A DNA stretch of 64,000 nucleotides from an uncultured Pseudomonadales bacterium (GTDB taxonomy: Bacteria > Patescibacteriota > Microgenomatia > UBA1400 > Chazhemtobacteraceae). The stretch covers positions 249,013 to 313,012 of the forward strand of contig CAYQZQ010000001.1 of assembly GCA_964422035.1 (NCBI GenBank). The letters run 5' to 3'. Under the pieces are notes generated by a model that made no database searches, was not told where the DNA came from, and was given only the letters and a program-made list of their open reading frames with translations. Both the position numbers and the translations under genes were made by a program. Below are positions 28,383 to 37,922 of the stretch, piece by piece; position 1 is the stretch's first letter, and every line of letters starts with the position of its first letter.

Positions 28383-30266
28383 ATGCTAGAAGTGATGAAT
28401 TTGTCTACACTATCTATCTCATTTATCTTGGGAGCCCTAATAGGCACCCAACAAACTTTAAAGACCTTGATTTATGGCTTGAGTAATAGAGAAGATTTAT
28501 TGGTTTCTCTAAGGGGCTCGATTATAGTGACGATAACTATCTGGTTGATCGGCTTTTTAATCTGCGGTGTTCTCAAAAGCTTGATCAAGATATTGAGCGA
28601 CAAAAACAAAAAAATTAGCGAACTGAATAAGGATAGAAGATTTAACGATCTGGTAATGGCAGGAGTATTTTTGAGCATTGGTATGTTTTTGTTTGCTGCC
28701 GAGAGAGTGCCACTGTTTGCCACCCCATATCCCCTATTGGCTTATAGCGGATTGGTTATGATCGTTGTCTTGATAAGTACTGTCATGGGTTTAATGGTTT
28801 ATGCTAGCTTGGATTACTACAAAAAATGGATTAATAAAATAAATTGGAATATTTGGATAAATGCTTTGGGAGGAGTAGTGTTGGTATTTTGGATAGGAGT
28901 AACTACACCTCTTTTGATTAAGAGGTTGGGACTGAGAATTCGAAGAACTGATAAAACAAATGTTGTATTGATTACTTCAGACACACTGAGAGGAGACAGA
29001 TTTACTGCTGAATACATGCCAGAAACATATGAGTGGTTTAGTAAAGGAACCATCTTTGAAAGAGCATATTCCACTTCTCCTTGGACAGTGCCCTCTTTTG
29101 CAAGCATGATGACCGGCAAGTATTCGGGTGAGTTGAGTGCAGACAATTTTCAATGGTGGATTGATGACAATTTTTTATTATTACCTAAGGAAGAAACATT
29201 GGCAGAGAAATTTCAAGATCGCGGCTATAGTACAACAGCAGTGTTGACAAATGGTTATTTAGTAGAAGACAGGGGGTTTGACCAGGGATTTGATGTCTAT
29301 GAAAATGTGGAGTTTACAAAGAGCTATCATTGGAGGCCAGCAATGAAAGAAACAGGATTGTATATAACCCTGGAACAACTTGGCCTGGAGAACCAGATGA
29401 GAAAAGTGTATGAATATTTTGTGGGCATGACTGAAGAGAGCGATGAGCTGATAGCTGACGCTGAGATGGTGAGTAGCGAAGCTATTCGCCAAATACAAGG
29501 GTTAAAGGAGCCATTCTTTGTCTGGATTCACTACTATGACGCTCACGGTATATATAATCCACCAGAAGGATATGGGCCAGATATTTCTAATTTATCTGAT
29601 GATTTGAAAAAAGCTGTGATGTCAGGTGATATTGACAAAGACAACTTGGAACTCAGAGAAGTAGTGATTGGCTTATACGACGGAGAAGTGCGTTATCACG
29701 ATAAGGAAATTGCACGAGTGTTAAGATTTCTAGACAGAAGAGGGCTAAGCAAACGTACAGCGGTGGTATTTACAGCAGATCATGGTGAACAGTTTTGGGA
29801 AGGAGGTCAGTACGGACACGGGTTTAGCTTGCGTAATGAAGAGATTAGGGTGCCTTTGGCAGTATCCTCAATCTTTGATTTTGATAATCAAATAGCAGAA
29901 AATAACGAAGTGAGCTTATATCTTTTAGGAGATTGGCTGCTAGATATGGCAGAAGGAGATCCCGATCACTGGTTAGAAGAAGAGTTGAGCAGGTCGGTGT
30001 TCGCTGAGGGTTTGAGAAGTGGAGTAGAAAAGAAAGGAATAGTAAATGAAGAGTGGAAACTGGTGTGGGAGATAGAAAATAACAATACAAGCTTGAAAAA
30101 CGCCTTTAATGATGAATCATACAGAGGTTATATGTATCCAAGCATAAGCGGTACTCTTGAGTCAGAACTTAGATCATGGAATGAAAATAATGAGGAAGCA
30201 GGGGGAAACTACCGTAAAGCTTTGGAGAGAGTTGATGTTAATTTACCAGAAGTTTCTGGTTACTGA
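28383..30266 (+). CDS. Membrane-anchored sulfatase-fold protein, copy 3
   Basis: 5 TM; ITSDTLRGD, SPWTVPSFASMMTG, HYYDAHGIY, ADHGE, GHG; ends LPEVSGY. Start moved to ATG 28383. Confidence 0.9.
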   Translation: MLEVMNLSTLSISFILGALIGTQQTLKTLIYGLSNREDLLVSLRGSIIVTITIWLIGFLICGVLKSLIKILSDKNKKISELNKDRRFNDLVMAGVFLSIGMFLFAAERVPLFATPYPLLAYSGLVMIVVLISTVMGLMVYASLDYYKKWINKINWNIWINALGGVVLVFWIGVTTPLLIKRLGLRIRRTDKTNVVLITSDTLRGDRFTAEYMPETYEWFSKGTIFERAYSTSPWTVPSFASMMTGKYSGELSADNFQWWIDDNFLLLPKEETLAEKFQDRGYSTTAVLTNGYLVEDRGFDQGFDVYENVEFTKSYHWRPAMKETGLYITLEQLGLENQMRKVYEYFVGMTEESDELIADAEMVSSEAIRQIQGLKEPFFVWIHYYDAHGIYNPPEGYGPDISNLSDDLKKAVMSGDIDKDNLELREVVIGLYDGEVRYHDKEIARVLRFLDRRGLSKRTAVVFTADHGEQFWEGGQYGHGFSLRNEEIRVPLAVSSIFDFDNQIAENNEVSLYLLGDWLLDMAEGDPDHWLEEELSRSVFAEGLRSGVEKKGIVNEEWKLVWEIENNNTSLKNAFNDESYRGYMYPSISGTLESELRSWNENNEEAGGNYRKALERVDVNLPEVSGY

Positions 30267-30268
30267 AT

Positions 30269-32149
30269 ATGATTAACGCTATGACATTGATAAGTTACTG
30301 GGTAGTTCTGGGGATCATGGTGGGAGCACAACAACTTATGCCAGTAACTGTTTTTGCTTTCTTAAAGCCCTGGCAGGCTGAAATTTCCTTTAGAGCAGTG
30401 ATGGCATTTTCAATCTGGTTGATTTTTTTAGGCGGGGCATTAGTAGCACTACTTAGGGGGCTTATTAAAACTGTTAGCAGAAAACTTGAGTGGAACAGTA
30501 TTAGAAAAGCAAGTGATGAGTTGGGCTTTGGACTGGCTTTGAGTACAGCAGTGTTTTTGACAATGGGAGTGTTTCTCCTTTCAGTTGAAAAAATTCCGGT
30601 TTTGGAAAAGGAAAAACTTTTAGGAGCAGTGTTGATGAGCAGTTTAGTGTTAATTATTTTGACCACCTTTGTTTTTTACGGAGCATGGAAGTATTACGAG
30701 AAATGGATCGAAAAATATGCCAGGATAACTATCTTGGGCCTAGGTGGTTTAGTAGTTTTGCTAACCACTACTTTGTTTGGAGTTAAGCTTATTGGAGATC
30801 GATGGCCTATTAAGGCAGAAAAGTCAGATAAGCCCAGTGTTATCTGGGTAACAGTAGATGCCTTAAGACATGACAGATTCACATTAGAGTATATGCCACA
30901 AACTTATCAGTGGTTTGAGGAGGAGGGGTATATTTTTGAAAACGCCATGGCTCCTGCCCCCTGGACTGTCCCCTCTTTTGCATCCATGGTTACAGGCGAG
31001 TATCCATCTCAGATGCGAGCGGATCTGCCAATGAATGAACAGGAAAAGAATTTTGAGGTTTTGCCAGAAAAAATTACCATAGCAGAGGAATTTAAGGATC
31101 TGGGGTACAGTACAGCTGCGGTAGTAACCAACGGTTGGCTAAATGAGAGAAGAGGTTTTGATCAGGGGTTTGACTATTTTGTTAATCTGGAAGCGACAAA
31201 TGTCTACGACTGGGGGAAAGTCACTCATGATTCTGGGTTTTATAAATTAAGCGAGGCAATTGGCTGGGAAAATAAATTAAAAAACTGGTACCAGGGCCTG
31301 GTAAGAGTGAGAAGTACTGAATCGGCTTTTGAAATTGACGGTGAAGTGGTGGTGAATGAGGCGCTGAAGGTGAGAGAGCGCTTGCAGGAACCATACTTTT
31401 TATGGATTCACCTGATTGACCCGCACGGACCATACATTCCACCAATTGAGTTTTACCCCAACACAGCTGGTTACACAGGAGATGAGGTTTATAAAGCAGA
31501 ACACATGGTTGACCGGGAAGCCTCTGATAAGCTGCGTGAGCTTACGGTTACTTTTTATGATCAACTGGTCGCCTATACTGATCAACAGCTTTACAGACTG
31601 TTCTCAGAGCTGGAGAAGAGCGATGAGAGCATGGTGATAGTGTTTAACAGCGATCATGGAGAGCAGTTTTGGGAGAATGATGGGGAAATCGGACATGGTC
31701 ACAATTTGTATGCTGAAAATGTTCATGTACCAATGGCAATTGCCACAGATGGAGATTGGGAGTGGAAAGAAGAATCAGAGGACCTGGTGGACTTAAAAGA
31801 GATTAAAAACATCATGCTTTCTATTGCTGAAATTGAAGAGGTAGATTTTTTGGGAGAGGACAAGATGGTGTTTGTGGAGGGCAGAATTGAGGGACCAGGT
31901 CAGCAAGCAGTAATAAATCCTGACACCTGGAAGCTGATCACCAAAAAAGGAGCTGAAGAACTTTACATTTTGCTTTTCGATCCTAAAGAAATGATGAATC
32001 TACGAGCAGTTAGAAGGTATTTGGGCGGGAGACTAAGCGGTCAGATTGAAGACTGGCAGAGCGGTATGCAGCAGAAAAGAAAAGAATACGCCAGAAAGTT
32101 AGAACAAAGACATGGAGGAGAAAGCTTGCCAGATGTGGCAGGTTATTAG
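30269..32149 (+). CDS. Membrane-anchored sulfatase-fold protein, copy 4 (most divergent)
   Basis: 5 TM; VTVDALRHD, APWTVPSFASMVTG, HLIDPHGPY, SDHGE, GHG; ends LPDVAGY. Confidence 0.9.
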   Translation: MINAMTLISYWVVLGIMVGAQQLMPVTVFAFLKPWQAEISFRAVMAFSIWLIFLGGALVALLRGLIKTVSRKLEWNSIRKASDELGFGLALSTAVFLTMGVFLLSVEKIPVLEKEKLLGAVLMSSLVLIILTTFVFYGAWKYYEKWIEKYARITILGLGGLVVLLTTTLFGVKLIGDRWPIKAEKSDKPSVIWVTVDALRHDRFTLEYMPQTYQWFEEEGYIFENAMAPAPWTVPSFASMVTGEYPSQMRADLPMNEQEKNFEVLPEKITIAEEFKDLGYSTAAVVTNGWLNERRGFDQGFDYFVNLEATNVYDWGKVTHDSGFYKLSEAIGWENKLKNWYQGLVRVRSTESAFEIDGEVVVNEALKVRERLQEPYFLWIHLIDPHGPYIPPIEFYPNTAGYTGDEVYKAEHMVDREASDKLRELTVTFYDQLVAYTDQQLYRLFSELEKSDESMVIVFNSDHGEQFWENDGEIGHGHNLYAENVHVPMAIATDGDWEWKEESEDLVDLKEIKNIMLSIAEIEEVDFLGEDKMVFVEGRIEGPGQQAVINPDTWKLITKKGAEELYILLFDPKEMMNLRAVRRYLGGRLSGQIEDWQSGMQQKRKEYARKLEQRHGGESLPDVAGY

Positions 32150-33384
32150 AGCAGACTTTTTAATTTCCAGCCAGTTAAGACTAAAACGACGGTGTTTGAG
32201 ACAGCTAAAGCTATGGTTGGGGCCATAGGGCCCATGGTGGGAATAAGAATTACTTCAATAATGACCAGTAACCCCACCTGTATAGCGGTAGCAAGAGCGG
32301 TGAAGTTGGGTTTATTGAAAAAGTATATTAATGGATTAGTAGTGATAATGGAAAGCAAAAACGGGATCATGGCTAAGGTCAGATATCTAAACACAGGAAT
32401 GGCCGCAGCATATTGGCTACCAAAGACTGTGTTGACGATGAGAGGAGCCAGCAGGATAGACAAAACCATTAAGACTGAGATTCCTCCGATTAGAAGTGAG
32501 GTCTTTTTAATGTAGGCGGTTACTTGTTTTTTCTTATTAAATGACGAGAAGCGAGGAGCAACCACACTACCAAGAGAGGAAACCAGCAAGGCAAAAAGCA
32601 TGGTGATGCGGGAAGCAGCAGCGTATATGCCCGCCTGATGGTTAGTGCCAAGGGCATTTAGCAGAATTACATCAACACGAGAGATGGCCACACTGAAGCT
32701 TCGCATGATGGCAACCCATTTTGTGAAGTGGAATATTCTTTTCAGGTACTGTTTGGGGAAGATAAAAGAGATGTTGCCCAGCTCTTTGAAAAGACCAATG
32801 CTGGCAGCTAGAGTAACTGAACCAATAATGGATAAGAGAACTATGCGGATGTCTAACGTAAATAAGAAGAACAATAAGCCAACGGGAATTAATTTTCCGA
32901 CAGATTCGATTATTTGAACTATAGCTGAGTACAAGAAATTCTTTTCTGCTTTAAGAAGGTATTGAGCAAACCCACTGATTAGAGCGGCAGAAGTAAGAAT
33001 GGGTAATAAAAGAAAGTGAGTAAGAGTTGAGCCGGGGATTATCTGACTGTGCCAAGGACTAACAACTAGAATTAAGAGAGCTAAGAAAATGGCAATTATT
33101 ATCTGAATCCAGAAAGACAGGGAAACAATAGAGTTCCTGTCTGACTTGTACTTGGGAATAAAATTAACTAAGGCTGAGGATATGCCCATGTCCCCTAAGC
33201 TAGCTAGCAGAATAGCTGTAGAGGTTAAGGCTGACAAGACACCAAACTGGGAGGGAGCCAGACCTCGAGCTACCAGAATGGTAAAGGTAGCGCCAGAGAC
33301 AGCCACTATGCCGTTGCCCATTAAGGTAATAAAGGTATCTTTGGAAGTGTCTGAAAAAACCAGGTGTTTAATTTTGCTGATCAT
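32146..33384 (-). CDS. wzx: Oligosaccharide flippase (Wzx/MOP family)
   Basis: About 12 TM; ARGLAPSQFG, DMGISSALVNFI, RVDVILL...AGIYAAASR, VFGSQYAAAIP. Confidence 0.88.
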   Translation of the reverse strand: MISKIKHLVFSDTSKDTFITLMGNGIVAVSGATFTILVARGLAPSQFGVLSALTSTAILLASLGDMGISSALVNFIPKYKSDRNSIVSLSFWIQIIIAIFLALLILVVSPWHSQIIPGSTLTHFLLLPILTSAALISGFAQYLLKAEKNFLYSAIVQIIESVGKLIPVGLLFFLFTLDIRIVLLSIIGSVTLAASIGLFKELGNISFIFPKQYLKRIFHFTKWVAIMRSFSVAISRVDVILLNALGTNHQAGIYAAASRITMLFALLVSSLGSVVAPRFSSFNKKKQVTAYIKKTSLLIGGISVLMVLSILLAPLIVNTVFGSQYAAAIPVFRYLTLAMIPFLLSIITTNPLIYFFNKPNFTALATAIQVGLLVIIEVILIPTMGPMAPTIALAVSNTVVLVLTGWKLKSLL

Positions 33385-34867
33385 TGCTGACTAGAATTGT
33401 ACCGATAAATTCACGATTTTCGTAGATTTGACCGGGATTAATTTCAAATGTAGTTAAAACTTGATAATTTTCTGAGAGAAACTCATTTTCAATATTTTTA
33501 GGGCTGTAAACCACCTCACTCCACTCCCCTAGTGCAAAATCTGCATCGTGCTCTTTGTAGTTGGTAATAACTATGTAATCTACTTTATTTTGGAATCCCT
33601 CAAGCATATCTGGCTTAATAGGAAACCACATAGTAGTTAAGCCTTCATACCAAGCTGCCCAAGCGTCTAGGTTGGTGATTATCAAATGATCTTTAGGAAT
33701 GTGCTGAGCCATAATGCGAGAGATTTCACGATAAACGGGCGGTTTATTAGTGTTATATTTTTGAGCTCTGAAGCGAGCATCTATAGTGAAGTGCCCTATT
33801 GATGGCAGGAGAATGAAAAATACAACAACAGATAAAGCCAGATTGGAAAACTTGAGATTTGCTTTTTTGATGATCTGGACTAAAGAAATAGATGCAGAGA
33901 TAAAAACCAGTGGCATAGCTGGATGGATATAGCGGGCGTTAGGTAAGGTAAGAGCCGAGGAGAGAATAAATAAGGATAGAGTGATAAGAGTAAAGAGGTT
34001 AAATTTTTTGATTTTAGCAGGCAAATTTCTTAGGAAAAAGCCTAAGATGAAGAAGATAAAGATGCCGGCAGGGGCTAAGCGAGAAGGGTCTTTAAGGAAA
34101 TTGTAAGTGTTGTAAAAAAGTTTAGAAGCTGTTTGAAATAGGGAAGTTGATGAGTAGCCACCACCTCGAATGAAGGTTCCTGGATTTAGAGACGGAAGAA
34201 TGTTTATAGACCCTAAATGAGAGGTAAAAACAGACAAAAAACCAAGCGCTCTGAGAAGGAAAAAGATAACCGCAATGCCGATGAGACGAGGAGCTAAATA
34301 ATTGAACTGTTTGCGTTTGGATTGTTTGGTTTTGGCTAAGATGAGTAGTAAGTAGAGGCTAAAGGCTAAATAAATTATGATTGCTTGAGGGCGAGTAAAA
34401 TACATTAATATCAGGGGGATAAAGCCAAGATATTTATATCTAGATTTGACGATAATAAATAGATAGACAGATAATAAGATTTCAAGTGTAAAGATAATCT
34501 CTGTAGAAAAATTCAAAGAATATTCAAAGAAAAAGAGATTGGTAAGGAGAAGCAAGCAAGCAATGATAGCTGATTTCAGGTGAGAAATCTTTTTAGTGAT
34601 TTTGAAAACAATAACAGCTGAGATGAGCAAAACAAAGAAACCTGTCAAAGCTACCGAGGTGTCAGAGGCGGGGAAAATTCTAAAGACTAAGTTGAGAATA
34701 ATACTGATTAGGGGCCTGAAGTTGCTGGAAAAACCGCCTCCCGTATATTCGGCTAGAACAACAGGGTTAAAAAAACTGTGGTTGATGGCTAATATACCTT
34801 TATTGAGTAAATTGTTGGCAGCTTGGGCATATTTAGCAGAATCAGAAAATGATAGATAGAAGCTCAT
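33368..34867 (-). CDS. GT-C membrane glycosyltransferase (ArnT/PMT-like)
   Basis: FSDSAKYA..A.NL..KG first-loop motif, many TM helices, TRPQ, RYIHP. Start set at ATG 34867, supported by TACAAT 7 nt upstream. Confidence 0.75.
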   Translation of the reverse strand: MSFYLSFSDSAKYAQAANNLLNKGILAINHSFFNPVVLAEYTGGGFSSNFRPLISIILNLVFRIFPASDTSVALTGFFVLLISAVIVFKITKKISHLKSAIIACLLLLTNLFFFEYSLNFSTEIIFTLEILLSVYLFIIVKSRYKYLGFIPLILMYFTRPQAIIIYLAFSLYLLLILAKTKQSKRKQFNYLAPRLIGIAVIFFLLRALGFLSVFTSHLGSINILPSLNPGTFIRGGGYSSTSLFQTASKLFYNTYNFLKDPSRLAPAGIFIFFILGFFLRNLPAKIKKFNLFTLITLSLFILSSALTLPNARYIHPAMPLVFISASISLVQIIKKANLKFSNLALSVVVFFILLPSIGHFTIDARFRAQKYNTNKPPVYREISRIMAQHIPKDHLIITNLDAWAAWYEGLTTMWFPIKPDMLEGFQNKVDYIVITNYKEHDADFALGEWSEVVYSPKNIENEFLSENYQVLTTFEINPGQIYENREFIGTILVSNDQQN

Positions 34868-34934
34868 ATGCTTAATTGTACCTGAAAGAATGATCTTGTT
34901 TAATTCTTCCAGCACACTAGTATAATTTGTACTT
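34868..34934. promoter_or_regulatory. Divergent promoter region
   Basis: TACAAT (minus, 34875-34880) 7 nt before ATG 34867; perfect TATAAT (plus, 34921-34926) 8 nt before ATG 34935. Confidence 0.55.
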
Positions 34935-37088
34935 ATGATAGGAAGTGTTGTCACAGTTTTGGCGTTTCTAATCCTGAGTTATTGTATATATAAACTCTTT
35001 GAATACTTAGTGGATTGGGACAAAGTGACATTACTCCTTTTGTCTTTTGTCCTGGGCCCAATGGTTTTGGGGTGGTTTTTATTTGAATTAATATTGTTGG
35101 TGCCAGGACAAAGAACTTATTTTTATCCAATCGTAGTTTTATCTTTATCTGTAATACTTTTTTTAATTAAACCAGTTAAGGAAGTAGTTTTTGATTTTAA
35201 AAAAGCATTAGAAAAGGTGTTAGAAATAATCAGAAGCTTTTCTAATATGGACAAGGATGTGATGTGCTTAACCGTATTGATTCTATGTATCTTGGTGGGG
35301 ATTATGACTTTAGTTGTTTTTTGGCCTCCCTCGTGGAGTGACCAGCTGACATACATCTTACAAGCGAAAGGGGTGGTGATAAATCGAAACTTATCGGTAT
35401 TTGGCAAGCTTCAACAGTTCAGATTTTCTGGTTCATGGTTCAGTAATAATACAATGGTTAGACCCGGACTAACAATGGTTTATGCGTTTTATTTTTTTTG
35501 TAAACCAAGCTTTTTATACCTAGGCCATATCGTCAATTTTGTCGCTACATACTACTGGATAATTATGGTGGCAACTGCGTTTTACGTGTCTTACAGAAGG
35601 AGGGGTGTCGAGGTTGGATTGCTAACAGTATTATTGACCATCACTGTGCCCTATCTAAACAAATTTTTGATTATGGGATCAAAAGAACTAATATTGATTC
35701 CGCTTATTCTGCTGTTGATAGACCTAATCTCATCATCAGATGCGGCGTATACCAATATAGAGATGTTGGTTTTCGGATTGATTCTGGGATTTATGAGTAT
35801 GATTAATTTTAGTGGTGTTATCATGGCTTCGATAATTGGAATATTGGCATTGATATTCAGGAGACGGAGTAAAACTTTGATTGGCTCTCTGCTACTACTT
35901 ATAGGAGTTTGCCTGATTGCCCATTTTGAGATCAGCTTCTTTTTAAACTGGCTGGACATAGACTGGTTTAGTATAGATTTGAGCAATCTTTCTAACGGAG
36001 CAAGAAAAATTTCATTAATAAAAGATATTGTGACAACGAAAGATACTATTGGGAGCGAACTAGCACAAACCGAGTTACCAGGATATGGTATCGCCAATAA
36101 GTTGCAGATATTTACCAATGGTAAATTGCAAGCATTTACTCATATTCATCACTATGGATTGTTATTTTGGGGGTTTTTAATTACAAGTGCTTTAAATTTC
36201 AAAAAGATTGTAAAGAACAGGTTTCTGAAGATCAACATGATTTGGATCATAGTCTATTATGTGTTGATAATAGATCTGTTTAACTTGAATCCGCACCCTA
36301 GAGCATATGTGTTAACCATTAATCCTAAATATCATATGATGATTGCTCCATCGATGGCAGTAATGTTAGCTAGCTTAATGTCAGAATCTGGAATAATTTC
36401 CAATAATAAAGCGCAAAGATTGTGGAAATTTACGGGCATTACAGTAGGTGTGTTGTCTTTATTAATATTCATCTATCCCAAGTTTTTTATTCATTTGTTA
36501 GGCAAGGTATGGGGACGGGTGTTACCTTTAACATTAAGCGCAATATATTACACTGATAAATTGAGAGTGGTGGGAGGTGCCTTGATAGTTGGTTTTGTAG
36601 TTGTTAAGTTATTATCTTTTTTGTGGAAGGATAGTAAAAATAAAAACGCTCTGAGGAAATGCTTAATATATTGGATGGTTTTTGTGGTGCCATTTTTATC
36701 TTATTTTGGCACAGAGTACCAATTTGATATCTATAAACATCTTTTTGGAGCTCCAATTGAGAAAGCTGAAGCATTTAGTAAAGGAAATCGCAATTTTTTC
36801 CCGATAATTAAATTTTTAAACAAAGAGTCTAAATATGAAAACAGTTTGATAATTACTAGCTCTGGTCATTATCCTAAGATGCTGTTCTATCTTGATAAAC
36901 ATAAATACTCTGTTGCCAGGTGGTCAAAAATGAATGCATTTCAAAAGGAGATACAAAAGAATAAATCAATTATTTTGGTGTGGCCTGCCGGCAAGGTTAA
37001 TAACATGCTAGAACGATTTAGTGGTAGCAGCAAACTTATATATGAGCGGAATGGATTAGTTGTATATTATATATATGAAGATGAGTAG
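34935..37088 (+). CDS. Large multi-pass membrane protein, GT-C-like
   Basis: 717 aa with more than 12 hydrophobic segments; WPPSWSDQLTY..AK loop motif resembles the GT-C acidic first loop. Confidence 0.65.
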   Translation: MIGSVVTVLAFLILSYCIYKLFEYLVDWDKVTLLLLSFVLGPMVLGWFLFELILLVPGQRTYFYPIVVLSLSVILFLIKPVKEVVFDFKKALEKVLEIIRSFSNMDKDVMCLTVLILCILVGIMTLVVFWPPSWSDQLTYILQAKGVVINRNLSVFGKLQQFRFSGSWFSNNTMVRPGLTMVYAFYFFCKPSFLYLGHIVNFVATYYWIIMVATAFYVSYRRRGVEVGLLTVLLTITVPYLNKFLIMGSKELILIPLILLLIDLISSSDAAYTNIEMLVFGLILGFMSMINFSGVIMASIIGILALIFRRRSKTLIGSLLLLIGVCLIAHFEISFFLNWLDIDWFSIDLSNLSNGARKISLIKDIVTTKDTIGSELAQTELPGYGIANKLQIFTNGKLQAFTHIHHYGLLFWGFLITSALNFKKIVKNRFLKINMIWIIVYYVLIIDLFNLNPHPRAYVLTINPKYHMMIAPSMAVMLASLMSESGIISNNKAQRLWKFTGITVGVLSLLIFIYPKFFIHLLGKVWGRVLPLTLSAIYYTDKLRVVGGALIVGFVVVKLLSFLWKDSKNKNALRKCLIYWMVFVVPFLSYFGTEYQFDIYKHLFGAPIEKAEAFSKGNRNFFPIIKFLNKESKYENSLIITSSGHYPKMLFYLDKHKYSVARWSKMNAFQKEIQKNKSIILVWPAGKVNNMLERFSGSSKLIYERNGLVVYYIYEDE

Positions 37089-37875
37089 CTCAGATCCTTT
37101 TTTTTCAGTCATTACCTGTACGAAGAATGTGGGTCGGCATTTAAAAGAAAATATTGACTCCGTAAAGAATCAGGACTTTAATAATTATGAACATCTGTTT
37201 GTAGATGGTTATTCAACTGATAATACTGAAGCTTTGATTAAAAAATACATGAAGAAGGGCAGCCGAGTGCGCTTAGTTTCAAGGAAACCCGAAGGGATCT
37301 CCAGGGCCATGAACGAAGGTATCAGAGTTAGTCGAGGAAGATACTTAATCCATCTACACGGGGATGATCGTTTGTCTGACGACCAAACGTTAATGCGGTT
37401 GCATAATTTCTTGATTAGTAGCCCAAGACTGGATTGGTTATATGGCAAGATAAAGGTAATTGAGAAAGATGAAAGAATAATAGGTAGTTTTCCGGAAAAT
37501 AGATTGCTTCAGCTTGGTTCTCAGAATTGTCTTACCTATCAATTATTGAAATTTTATAATTTTATACCTCATCAGGCAGTGGTGATAAAAAGAAAAGTGT
37601 TTCAAAGATTTGACATGTTTGATGAGTCACTTAGTTCAAAGATGGATTATGATCTATGGCTAAGGATAGCAAAAAATACAAACTGGTCTTTCTTTGACAG
37701 TTATATTAGTAATTTTATGATCAGGGCAGGGGCCCAATCATCTTCGATCGACAAGAAAAAAGAGAACTGGAAGAATTTAAATACAGTGCAGAAAAGGTAT
37801 CTTAATATTGTTGAATTGTGTTTTGCACGATTGATGAACAAGGCGCTGTATTTTTTTGCTAGGAACACTAGATAG
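37081..37875 (+). CDS. Glycosyltransferase family 2 (WcaE/WfgS-like)
   Basis: FSVITCTKN, VDGYSTDNT, GISRAMNEGI, LHGDD, IPHQAV, MDYDLWLR. Start set at ATG 37081. Confidence 0.9.
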   Translation: MSSSDPFFSVITCTKNVGRHLKENIDSVKNQDFNNYEHLFVDGYSTDNTEALIKKYMKKGSRVRLVSRKPEGISRAMNEGIRVSRGRYLIHLHGDDRLSDDQTLMRLHNFLISSPRLDWLYGKIKVIEKDERIIGSFPENRLLQLGSQNCLTYQLLKFYNFIPHQAVVIKRKVFQRFDMFDESLSSKMDYDLWLRIAKNTNWSFFDSYISNFMIRAGAQSSSIDKKKENWKNLNTVQKRYLNIVELCFARLMNKALYFFARNTR

Positions 37876-37922
37876 TAATGGGTGGAGTGATTGCAGTTAA
37901 TTTTGTAAGTAAATCTTTGTAC

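Larger units (their letters stand above)
24452..32149 (+). repeat. Tandem array of four about 1.9 kb paralogous genes
   Basis: Shared DNA blocks (e.g. TAACTGATATG at the starts of copies 1-3; tacatgccaga(g/a)ac in copies 1-3, tatatgccacaaac in copy 4; tttga(t/c)ca(g/a)gg in all four) and colinear protein motifs. Confidence 0.85.

Noticed and set aside
24460-32149. Calling the four paralogues arylsulfatases
   Set aside because: No (C/S)xPxR formylglycine motif; Thr occupies that position
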